Assembly (NCBI GenBank): GCA_022848865.1
Contig: JAJISE010000004.1
Coordinates: 1,887 to 65,886 of the forward strand
DNA length: 64,000 bases
Reading direction: 5' to 3'
Source of the DNA: Thermoplasmatota archaeon
Lineage (GTDB): Archaea; Thermoplasmatota; Thermoplasmata; RBG-16-68-12; JAGMCJ01
The notes under the pieces were generated by a model. It worked only from the letters and a program-made list of their open reading frames with translations, made no database searches and was not told the DNA's origin. Numbering within the stretch: the stretch's first letter is position 1; each line of letters begins with the position of its first letter. Shown here piece after piece: positions 56,147-64,000 of this stretch. The position numbers and the translations under genes are program-made.

Positions 56147-56914
56147 CTATCCTCCCGCCACGCTCCCTCCCTTCAGCAGAGGCACCAAGAGGACTCCGGC
56201 CGAAGTCAGGTCCAAGACATACTTCGTCCGCGAGTGCTGGGTACCCCTCATCTTCACCACCTGCAGTGTTCTGAGCAGGTCCCCTCTCCTCTCCAGATTG
56301 CCCATGAATATGATCCCGTCCGCGATTGCCTCTTCGACGCCGAAAAGAGAGTATCTCTCCTCTGCGGGGGATATCTCGGAGACGAGTACGCTGGTACAGC
56401 CAAGCGAGGACAGCGTCGCTCCGATCTTGAGAATGAAGTCCCTGATCTTCTCCTGGGTCCTGAGCCTGTAGCAGACGGATGTTATGGAGTCTATGACGAG
56501 CCTCTTCACGTCCATCTCCTTGACAATGTCCGATACCGCTCTCACAAGGACATCCACCTCTTCCAGCGAGAACTCCAGCTTATTCAGACCCAGTCTTTCG
56601 TAGACGACCGGCATGTCGACGAAGATGAGCTTTCCCTTCTTTATCAGGCTCTCCTCGAAGAAGTCGTACGGAATGATGTTCGTCAGCAGCTTGGAGGACG
56701 CCTCAGTGACGGATATGAACAGACATGTCTCGCCGTCAAGCGCTCCGTGAACGAGGAACTCGAGGCTCAGGGTCGTCTTTCCTGTTCCGCAACTGCCGGT
56801 TACGAGGATAGTGTTCCCTCTCGGTATCCCTCCGTCCAGAGCGTTGTCCAAGCCCTGGATACCTGTTACGCATCTCTCCCGGGTTGAGGTTGAAAGGTCC
56901 ACCTTAGGTGCCAT
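56147..56914 (-). CDS. KaiC-like RecA-superfamily ATPase (canonical Walker A and B), 255 aa
   Basis: ..TGIQGLDNALDGGIPRGNTILVTGSCGTGKTTLSLEF.., ..KRLVIDSITSV... Confidence 0.8.
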   Translation of the reverse strand: MAPKVDLSTSTRERCVTGIQGLDNALDGGIPRGNTILVTGSCGTGKTTLSLEFLVHGALDGETCLFISVTEASSKLLTNIIPYDFFEESLIKKGKLIFVDMPVVYERLGLNKLEFSLEEVDVLVRAVSDIVKEMDVKRLVIDSITSVCYRLRTQEKIRDFILKIGATLSSLGCTSVLVSEISPAEERYSLFGVEEAIADGIIFMGNLERRGDLLRTLQVVKMRGTQHSRTKYVLDLTSAGVLLVPLLKGGSVAGG

Positions 56915-57027
56915 TCTCAGACCCTATCATACAGGCTTCTTATATTTCTTTTCTTGTCGATATCAGGCCAAGAAACACGGCTGGGGTCGACGATACGTTT
57001 TTAAATCGTGATGTGTGTTGCTGAACC

Positions 57028-58326
57028 ATGGCGGAGGAGGCAAGACTCCAGGTCGCGCTTGACCTGATGCAGCTCGATAGGGCCATTCAGATAGCAAGGG
57101 AGTCCGTTGAGGGTGGCGTCGACTGGTTGGAGGCGGGAACGCCGCTGATAAAAAGCGAGGGGATGGAATCGGTTAGGGCGCTCAAGAAGGAGTTCGCTGG
57201 CCAAAGAATCGTCGCGGACATGAAGACGATGGACACTGGAGCATTCGAAGTCGAGATCGCATCCAAGGCGGGTTCGGACATAATCGTGATCATGGCGCAG
57301 GCGGATGACACAACCATCCTGGAATCAGTGAAGGCCGCGAGACGCTATGGGTCGGAGATCATGGCGGACCTGATAGGCGTTGAGGATCCCGTTCGGAGGA
57401 CAAAGGAGGTCCAGGAGCTCGGGATCGACTATCTCTGCGTGCACGTCAGCATCGATGAGCAGATGATAGCCAAAGGGCCGCTAGAGACGCTCAGGGCGGT
57501 CTGCGAGGTTGCGAGGGTCCCCGTGGCCGTGGCGGGTGGACTGAACTCTGAGACCGTGGCGGAGGCCGTGAAGGCCGGTGCCAGCGTCGTCATTGTGGGC
57601 GGGGCGATTATAAAGGCCGCCAAGGTCAAGGAGGCCACCGAAGCGATAAAGGAGGCCCTCAGGACACAGAAGATAGTCAAGACGGACCTCTACATGAAGT
57701 ACGGGGAGGAGGACCTGAGGGAGGCCTTCGAGAAGGTGTCCACTTCCAACATAGCGGACGCCATGCAGAGGAGGGGCCCAATGGAAGGCATAGTCCCCCG
57801 CATAACGCATGGTACGAAGATGGTCGGTCGGGCAGTCACGGTGAAGACGGTCGACGGTGACTGGGCGAAGCCTATAGAGGCCATCGACGTCGCGCAGGAG
57901 GGTGAAGTGATAGTCATCGACGCAGGGGGCGGAAGAGTCGCGCTCTGGGGCGAACTGGCCTCTTGGAGCTGCAAGATGAAGGAAGTGGCCGGCGTCGTGA
58001 TCGACGGGTCGGTGAGAGACATCGATGAGATAATCGAAATGGGTTTTCCCGTGTTCTCGCGACATATATCCCCCCACGCTGGCGAGCCCAAAGGTCACGG
58101 TGAAATCAACTGCGAGGTCTCGTGTGGCGGGCGGATGGTTTCTCCGGGTGACTGGATAGTCGGAGACGGGACCGGTGTCGTCGTCGTTCCGAAGAGGGGT
58201 TCCGTGGAGATCGCGAACCGCGCCCTTGACGTCCTTGAGCGGGAGAACAGGATTCGCGAGGAGATCCGGAGGGGCTCAACCCTGTCTCAGGTTCTCGATC
58301 TGAAGAAGTGGGAGAAGGTGGGATAG
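57028..58326 (+). CDS. bifunctional 3-hexulose-6-phosphate synthase (HPS, OMPDC-like barrel) / RraA-like (MenG/ribonuclease-regulator fold) fusion protein
   Basis: N-terminus LQVALDLMQLDRAIQIA..DWLEAGTPLIK...ADMKTMDTG...GGLNSETVAEAVKAGASVVIVGGAI (HPS/KGPDC family); C-terminus ..VDGDWAKPIEAIDVAQEGEVIVIDAGGGRVALWGELASWSCKMKEVAGVVIDGSVRD.. (RraA-like). TATA TTTTTAAAT about 25 bp upstream. Confidence 0.7.
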   Translation: MAEEARLQVALDLMQLDRAIQIARESVEGGVDWLEAGTPLIKSEGMESVRALKKEFAGQRIVADMKTMDTGAFEVEIASKAGSDIIVIMAQADDTTILESVKAARRYGSEIMADLIGVEDPVRRTKEVQELGIDYLCVHVSIDEQMIAKGPLETLRAVCEVARVPVAVAGGLNSETVAEAVKAGASVVIVGGAIIKAAKVKEATEAIKEALRTQKIVKTDLYMKYGEEDLREAFEKVSTSNIADAMQRRGPMEGIVPRITHGTKMVGRAVTVKTVDGDWAKPIEAIDVAQEGEVIVIDAGGGRVALWGELASWSCKMKEVAGVVIDGSVRDIDEIIEMGFPVFSRHISPHAGEPKGHGEINCEVSCGGRMVSPGDWIVGDGTGVVVVPKRGSVEIANRALDVLERENRIREEIRRGSTLSQVLDLKKWEKVG

Positions 58327-59573
58327 TAGTGAGAGTGGAGGTCCCTTATGGCGACGGGACCCTCTCGGCTGCAATCCCTGAGAGCGCCCACGTGACCGTC
58401 CTCGAGCCAAAGGAGGTCCCGCCGAAAGATGAGATCGGGCTCCTGAAAGAGGCGATGTCGGACCCGATATCCTTCACACCGCTTTCCGAGTTCCTGAGCA
58501 GTAGTAGCGAGCTTCTCATCGTGGTAAACGATGCGACAAGGCAGACTCCCACCGCAAAGGCGCTGGAGGGGCTGAGTGAGATCCTTCGTCACAAGAAGCC
58601 CGAGTTTCTGATCGCCACAGGGTCTCACAGGGCCCCGACCGAGGACGAGATGGGCTCCATTTTCGGGAAGTTCCACCACGAATACAAGGATCGGATCGGC
58701 TACCACGACTCCAGGAACGGCGAGATGGTCGAGCTCGGGGTCACATCGCGGGGAACGCCTGTGAGGGTTAACAAGAAAGTCCTCGAATTCGACAAGATCG
58801 TTCTGATAAACTCAGTAGAACCACACTACTTCGCTGGCTATTCTGGCGGGAGGAAGTCGATCCTCCCCGGGGTCTCATCGTACGAGACGATCGAGGCGAA
58901 CCACAAGTTCGCTCTGGAGCCAGCCGCCAGGACGATGTCATTGAAAGGGAACCCGATCCACGAGGACATGGTCGAAGCCGTCGGATTCCTGGACCAAGAG
59001 AAGCTGTTCTCCATCAACCTCGTACTGGACGGGCAGAAGAGGATATACTTCGCCGGTGCGGGGGACATCACGGATTCCTTCATGGAAGCCGTCAAGTACT
59101 CTCACGAGGTCAACTCCGTCCCGGTGAGGGGGCCCGCCGACCTCGTCATCACTGCAGCATCGCCGCCCTCGGATATCAACCTGTATCAGTCTCAGAAGGC
59201 CCTCGACAACGCTAAGCTCGTCGCCCGGAAGGGGGGAACGATTGTCTTCGTTACGAAATGCAGGGAAGGAATCGGGAAGAGGGAGTTCTTCGATCTGATC
59301 GCGAGGGAGGACGATCCAGCCTCCGTAATCGAGAAGCTCAAGTCAGGCTACAAGCTCGGCTGGCACAAGGCAGCGAAGATGGCGGAGATGGCCATGGAGT
59401 TCCAGATTCTCGCCATAACGGCTCTACCGCCAGAGAACATCAGGAGCATCTTCATGGACCCGTTCTCGGACCTGCAGTCCGCCATCGATCACGCACTTCG
59501 ATCTCTCGGAGAGGACCCATCTATCGCGGTCATGCCGGCCGGAGGACTCACGGTGCCTAGAGTCCGAGAATGA
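58308..59573 (+). CDS. LarA-family (nickel-pincer-nucleotide-dependent lactate racemase-like) protein, 421 aa
   Basis: DUF2088/LarA_N signatures ..VVNDATRQTP.., ..ATGSHR.. (His107), ..GYSGGRKSILPG.. (Lys183, the NPN-tethering Lys position of LarA), His199. Alternative GTG start at 58329. Confidence 0.7.
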   Translation: MGEGGIVVRVEVPYGDGTLSAAIPESAHVTVLEPKEVPPKDEIGLLKEAMSDPISFTPLSEFLSSSSELLIVVNDATRQTPTAKALEGLSEILRHKKPEFLIATGSHRAPTEDEMGSIFGKFHHEYKDRIGYHDSRNGEMVELGVTSRGTPVRVNKKVLEFDKIVLINSVEPHYFAGYSGGRKSILPGVSSYETIEANHKFALEPAARTMSLKGNPIHEDMVEAVGFLDQEKLFSINLVLDGQKRIYFAGAGDITDSFMEAVKYSHEVNSVPVRGPADLVITAASPPSDINLYQSQKALDNAKLVARKGGTIVFVTKCREGIGKREFFDLIAREDDPASVIEKLKSGYKLGWHKAAKMAEMAMEFQILAITALPPENIRSIFMDPFSDLQSAIDHALRSLGEDPSIAVMPAGGLTVPRVRE

Positions 59574-60237
59574 CGAGGATTTGGCCGAAGAACCAGGCGG
59601 TAGCGAGCAGAGTGCCCACGATGGCAACGGTCAGAGCATAGACTCCGATGTTCCAGCTGAGGACCTTTGAGCCGTCAAATGGAGGGAATGGAATCATGTT
59701 GAACGTCCCCAAGATGAGGTTGATGAAGGCGATGGTCAAAGGAACGAAGACCCACCCCGGCGCAACGACGGCAAGGGCGAACGCCAGTGCCAGGAACGCA
59801 CCCCCAACGGCAGCGTTCATCAGTGGGCCCGCCACGCTGATCTTCCCGTTCTGCGCCTTCGTGATTCGGCCACTGATATACACCGCGCCGGGGGCCGCGA
59901 AGATGAACCCCATCAACGCCGTGGCGAGTGCGAAGAGCAGCCCAAAGGAACTCATGCGGAACTCCGCCCAGCACCCGTACTTCTGGGCGAGGAGCTTGTG
60001 GGCCATCTCATGAAATGCAAAGCCAGTGACGACCGCGGCCAAGGAGACGCCGAAATAGAACGCGAACTCGAACGGGTCAATCTCATAGTGCAATGGCTTG
60101 GTGAAGAATATCGTGAAAGCCAGAGAGAGAACGAATATCGAGATCCCTATCTGTTGGAGCTCGACTCTGCTGAACCTTAATCTTGTGGGCGGTCTGGCGA
60201 CGTACGTGGCGCGGTAAGAGCTGTTGCTTCCAGGCAC
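59557..60237 (-). CDS. site-2 protease family (peptidase M50) membrane metalloprotease
   Basis: HEMAHKLLAQKYG (HExxH in a TM helix) and ..FDGSKVL.. (second zinc-ligand region), 6 TM. Confidence 0.75.
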   Translation of the reverse strand: MPGSNSSYRATYVARPPTRLRFSRVELQQIGISIFVLSLAFTIFFTKPLHYEIDPFEFAFYFGVSLAAVVTGFAFHEMAHKLLAQKYGCWAEFRMSSFGLLFALATALMGFIFAAPGAVYISGRITKAQNGKISVAGPLMNAAVGGAFLALAFALAVVAPGWVFVPLTIAFINLILGTFNMIPFPPFDGSKVLSWNIGVYALTVAIVGTLLATAWFFGQILVILGL

Positions 60238-60280
60238 ACCTGCAAGAGACCCCTCACCATTAATAGACTATCGGTTCAGG

Positions 60281-61168
60281 CTACAGGTTGAACCTGGCAC
60301 CGCAGTTCGGGCACTCGAACCAGCTCTCCTTGAGAAGGAAGTCGCAGAGGGGACATCGGAGCACATGGCTCTCCCTCTTCTTCACCTGAGACTTTATGAT
60401 GTCGAGGCTATGCTTCTTGAACTCCTCGACATCCGCACTCAGAAGGCTCTCGAGCTTGGAGACCTCGAATCCCTTCTCCCTCCAGGCCTCTATCTGGTTC
60501 CTGTACTCCTCCCGCTCGATCTCTGTCTCGTCCAGTTCCGCGATGGCGGTTGTGATCTCCGAACGCATCTCCTTGGAGGCCGCTGACCCGTGAACAGTGT
60601 CCTTAACGAACTCGTACAGTTCATCCATATACTCCCCAAGCTTGAGTGTCTGCCCGTTTACCTGGAGATCAAGGAATGCCGCCCCTGCCGCTGCGCCGCA
60701 TATCTTGCACCTGAGCTCATTGGCATCCAGTGGTCCCTTGCACCTCGCGCAGGCGAGCTGGTCTTTGTCCTTCTTCTCCGTCAACATCAGTCCGGAGAGC
60801 ATCAGCCTTCTGGCGATGATCCTGTGAAGTCCACGCCTTCTTTCGGCCGGGGGAAGGCTCATCCCGATCAGGTCGGAGAACGACTTGATCCCCTTGTCGT
60901 ATAGTTTCCCCGCCATGTCCTCTGTGACACCAGGGATTAGTCGGAACCTATGGACAGCCTCGCCCCTGCCCGCGTCGTATGTTGGCTCCTCCTCCAGCGT
61001 CCCGCCGCATGACGGGCACATCGCGATGTAGGAGTCGTACGCCTCCCCGCAGCTATGGCATTCCACTTCCTTCTCGGGAAAGATCGTGCCGCACCTTGGG
61101 CATATCATCTCCGCAGGGGAAGAAGACAGTCCGCATATGCCGCATATCTGCTCGCTCGCGCTTGCCAT
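60281..61168 (-). CDS. zinc-ribbon-rich protein with HhH motif and coiled-coil region (295 aa)
   Basis: CGICG..CPRCG..CHSCG..CPSCGG; ..LIPGVTEDMAGKLYDKGIKSFSDL.. (helix-hairpin-helix); C-terminal CPLCD..CPNCG. Confidence 0.5.
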   Translation of the reverse strand: MASASEQICGICGLSSSPAEMICPRCGTIFPEKEVECHSCGEAYDSYIAMCPSCGGTLEEEPTYDAGRGEAVHRFRLIPGVTEDMAGKLYDKGIKSFSDLIGMSLPPAERRRGLHRIIARRLMLSGLMLTEKKDKDQLACARCKGPLDANELRCKICGAAAGAAFLDLQVNGQTLKLGEYMDELYEFVKDTVHGSAASKEMRSEITTAIAELDETEIEREEYRNQIEAWREKGFEVSKLESLLSADVEEFKKHSLDIIKSQVKKRESHVLRCPLCDFLLKESWFECPNCGARFNL

Positions 61169-61478
61169 AGTATCACAAGTGGGGAGTGTGGATGCTATGC
61201 GAAAGAATCCTCTGGACGATACTTATGCTTTCGTTTTTGATTATCATCGATGAAAACCATCCAGCAGGGGTGCATTCAACTCTCCCTCTCGACGTCAGAC
61301 ACATAGTCGATGCGATCACTGCCCTCGGAAGCCTCTCCGTGATTTGTCCTTGGCATGTGTCGTCGAGGAATCCCTTTGTGCAGGATTTTCCGGGGAGCCA
61401 GACTCCCGATGACCTTGTCCATTTTCATGATACAGACCCGCAAGATACTAAACCTCAGTCGCCGTGGTCGTGGAGAGC

Positions 61479-63329
61479 ATGAGCGGAGAGGGATGCTGTG
61501 TATCGTCGGATGTCGGGGTAGATCTCTTCCCGTTTCCCAGACCCAGGAAGGGTCAGGACAGCTTCCTGCAGGAAGCCAGGGAGGCTCTCTCATCGGGTCG
61601 CCATCTTCTCGCCCAAGCACCCACGGGCCTTGGCAAGACCGCGGTGGCGCTAACCGCATCACTCGAGGTTGCACTGCAGAACGGGCTGCTGGTCTTCTTC
61701 CTCACATCCAAACAGTCTCAGCACAGAATAGCGGTCGAGACCCTTCGCAAGATCTCAGACATCCGAGAAGGGATAATCGCGGTTGACATAATCTCTAAGC
61801 AGTCGCTCTGTCCTTTGTCCGGCTCGCGGCACTCCTCCTCGTTCCAGGACTTCTGTGAGTCGAGGATCGCCACGGAGACCTGTCCTTACTACCGGCGGTC
61901 AACCAAACCACTGGTGGACGTGGTCCGAAGGCGAATCCTGCATATAGACGAGGTCGCCCGGATCTGCCGCGCGTTTGGAAGGTGTCCGCACAAGACGGCC
62001 ATGGACTGCCTCCCAGAGGCGGACATCGTCATCTGCGACTACAACTACGTCTTCTCCCCCTTGCGCGATATCATACTGGAAAAGACGAAGAGAGCGCTGG
62101 AGGACATCCTCGTCGTAGTTGACGAGGCCCACAATCTGCCGTCGAGGATCAGGGACCATCTGAGGGGCGAGACTGGACCTGAGGAGATTCTGGCAGCCGC
62201 GAAGGAGGCGAAACATATCGACCGCGGCCTGGCGGGCGTCCTGAAGGCTCTCGCCAAGGAACTCGAGGCGCAGTTCGACGAAGAAACGAGGGAGGTGAGC
62301 GAGGACGCGATACTCGCCCCGTTGCGCGGTGCCATGGGGGACAGTGAACGCTCGGGCGCCTCGTTCCTGAGCGGTGTGAGAAAGAGCGGGGAGGCTGTCC
62401 TCGCCAGGACAGGGGGCACGTCGCTTCTCAAACTCGCGGACTTCCTGGACGGATGGGCGGGCAATGGGAACCCGATTCTCAGAGTCCGAAGCGGGGAGGA
62501 GAAGGAGCTCTCCTATCTGTTCCTGGATCCCTCCATGATAAGCCGCGAGGTCTTCGAGAAGGCGCATTCCTCGATTCTCATGAGCGGGACGCTCTTCCCC
62601 GCCGAAACCTACTCTGACCTCCTGGGCATCCCCAAGGCGAGGTGCGTCGTGAGAACGTTCATCTCCCCCTTCCCTCGGGAGAACCGACGGATCGTCCTCG
62701 CCGCGAAGATGACGACGCTCTTCAAGCAGCGCGGAGACGCGACATACCAGGCGTACGCGAACCTGATTCTCACGGTGTCCTCCCTTATTCGCGGGAACCT
62801 GGCCGCGTTCCTCCCCTCATACGAGTTCATGGAGAGCGTCCGACAGAGGATGACGCTGACCGAATGCGGAAAGGAGATGCTCGTTGAGAAGCAAGGGTCC
62901 ACGAAGGAGGATAAGGACCTCATTCTGAGACGCTTGAAAGAGGTCCGGACGAACGGAGGAATCCTCCTGGCGGTTATGGGCGGATCTCTTTCCGAGGGTG
63001 TGGATTTCCGCGACAACCTACTCAGCGCCACCGTGATGTGCGGAATCCCGCTGACGCCGCCCACGGTGGAGAACGAGGCGCTCCGGAGATACTACTCCTC
63101 CAGATTCGGGAGGAGCAGGGGGTTCGACTATTCCTACCTCATTCCGGCCATGAACAAGGTCGTCCAGTCGGCGGGAAGGTGCATACGCAGCGAATCCGAC
63201 AGAGCGGTGATAGTATTCGCGGACAGGAGGTTCACATCTGGCAGATACAGGAGATTCCTGCCCAAGGAGCTCTCTGGTGGTGAGGAGGACGTGGAGAAAG
63301 CCGTGGGGGAGTTCTTCGGAACGGCATGA
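61479..63329 (+). CDS. Rad3/XPD-like (DinG family) FeS DNA helicase
   Basis: ..GQDSFLQEAREAL..LLAQAPTGLGKT.. (motif I), ..VVDEAHNLP.. (DEAH), four Cys in the FeS region (CPLSG..C..C..CPYY), C-terminal ..QSAGRCIR.. (motif VI). Confidence 0.8.
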   Translation: MSGEGCCVSSDVGVDLFPFPRPRKGQDSFLQEAREALSSGRHLLAQAPTGLGKTAVALTASLEVALQNGLLVFFLTSKQSQHRIAVETLRKISDIREGIIAVDIISKQSLCPLSGSRHSSSFQDFCESRIATETCPYYRRSTKPLVDVVRRRILHIDEVARICRAFGRCPHKTAMDCLPEADIVICDYNYVFSPLRDIILEKTKRALEDILVVVDEAHNLPSRIRDHLRGETGPEEILAAAKEAKHIDRGLAGVLKALAKELEAQFDEETREVSEDAILAPLRGAMGDSERSGASFLSGVRKSGEAVLARTGGTSLLKLADFLDGWAGNGNPILRVRSGEEKELSYLFLDPSMISREVFEKAHSSILMSGTLFPAETYSDLLGIPKARCVVRTFISPFPRENRRIVLAAKMTTLFKQRGDATYQAYANLILTVSSLIRGNLAAFLPSYEFMESVRQRMTLTECGKEMLVEKQGSTKEDKDLILRRLKEVRTNGGILLAVMGGSLSEGVDFRDNLLSATVMCGIPLTPPTVENEALRRYYSSRFGRSRGFDYSYLIPAMNKVVQSAGRCIRSESDRAVIVFADRRFTSGRYRRFLPKELSGGEEDVEKAVGEFFGTA

Positions 63330-63361
63330 CATTTTTATGCCCAAAGCCCTTGCCGAACCGA

Positions 63362-63967
63362 ATGCTCATCAAAATCGGGGCGGAGGCCCAGCTTCGCCTG
63401 ATCACATGGAAAGGTAAGAGAGCGGTCGAGAAGTTCAGGGTCCCGAAGGGCTACAGGATCCCGGCGCTCGACGAGAGGCTCAGGACATCGAGGATCAGGA
63501 CAGAGGTGAAGCTCATGACCGAGGCCCGCACACTGGGGATCTTCGTGCCAATAATATACGATGTGGACATTGTGGAGAACAAGATAATCATGGAACACAT
63601 CGACGGAAAGCAGGCGAAGGAGATCATAAGCTCTGGCGCTGAGGCTGAGGACCTGTGCAGGAGAATAGGCTCCATCGTGGGCATCCTGCACTCGAACCAT
63701 GTAATCCACGGTGACCTGACGACCTCCAACATGCTCGTCTCCGACGGTGACATCTACCTGATAGACTTCAGCCTGGGCAGGAAGAGCCAAGGGATCGAGG
63801 ACAAAGGGGTCGACCTCCACCTGCTCAAGGAAGCCTTTTCAAGTGCCCACTCCGAGAGGTTCCACCTCTTCGATCATGTCATGGCGGGATACCGAGAGGA
63901 ATGCAAGACGGCCGATGCGATTGTGGAGAGAATGACGGTGATTGAGGGGCGGGGTAGATACACTTGA
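63362..63967 (+). CDS. bud32: Kae1-associated kinase Bud32 (KEOPS/PRPK subunit)
   Basis: MLIKIGAEAQL..GKRAVEKFRVPKGYR..LDERLRTSRIRTEVKLMTEARTLGI..HGDLTTSNMLV..YLIDFSLG (RIO-like Bud32 hallmarks), about 200 aa. Confidence 0.8.
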   Translation: MLIKIGAEAQLRLITWKGKRAVEKFRVPKGYRIPALDERLRTSRIRTEVKLMTEARTLGIFVPIIYDVDIVENKIIMEHIDGKQAKEIISSGAEAEDLCRRIGSIVGILHSNHVIHGDLTTSNMLVSDGDIYLIDFSLGRKSQGIEDKGVDLHLLKEAFSSAHSERFHLFDHVMAGYREECKTADAIVERMTVIEGRGRYT

Positions 63968-64000
63968 TCCGCTTTGTGACGACGAACAAGGGGAAGCTCC

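Overview
High-GC (about 60-65%) archaeal chromosomal window, most likely from an uncultivated euryarchaeote; lineage not determined. Archaeal character is supported by TATA/BRE-like promoters at leaderless-mRNA spacing, class III signal-peptide pilins, an AglB/STT3 oligosaccharyltransferase, HdrA/MvhD, Kae1-associated Bud32, Tsr3 and Trm112. Content in order: (1) three tandem secreted beta-helix surface proteins rich in N-glycosylation sequons (1-4300); (2) a cassette-like region (4980-9400) holding HicB-like, VapB(RHH/UPF0175)-VapC(PIN), small membrane proteins, an RHH/wHTH regulator and an Mrr_N-like protein, punctuated by a recurring ~30-bp motif; (3) a low-GC insertion carrying an HsdR_N-type restriction-enzyme fragment that truncates a flavodiiron fprA gene (9330-10980); (4) a rearranged zone with triplicated copies of the hdrA promoter/5' end, a KamA-family radical SAM gene and small membrane proteins (10985-13735); (5) an energy-metabolism cluster hdrA-mvhD-hdrD-like-hdrA-mvhD-FeS-fdhA (13708-22404); (6) transporters, an acetate module (acs with a SatP/YaaH transporter), folD, fhs and purD; (7) a cell-surface/glycosylation island with a 1821-aa FG-GAP/BNR protein and a 2179-aa AglB carrying a long extracellular extension (36286-49792), followed by two SAM methyltransferases, Trm112 and Tsr3; (8) a module of two archaeal pilins (one interrupted by an in-frame stop) plus three KaiC-like proteins (53763-56914); (9) an HPS-RraA fusion, a LarA-family protein, an S2P protease, an XPD-like helicase and Bud32. 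No rRNA, tRNA or CRISPR array was recognised. Many long ORFs in the supplied track are antisense or alternative-frame artefacts of high GC and are not called.
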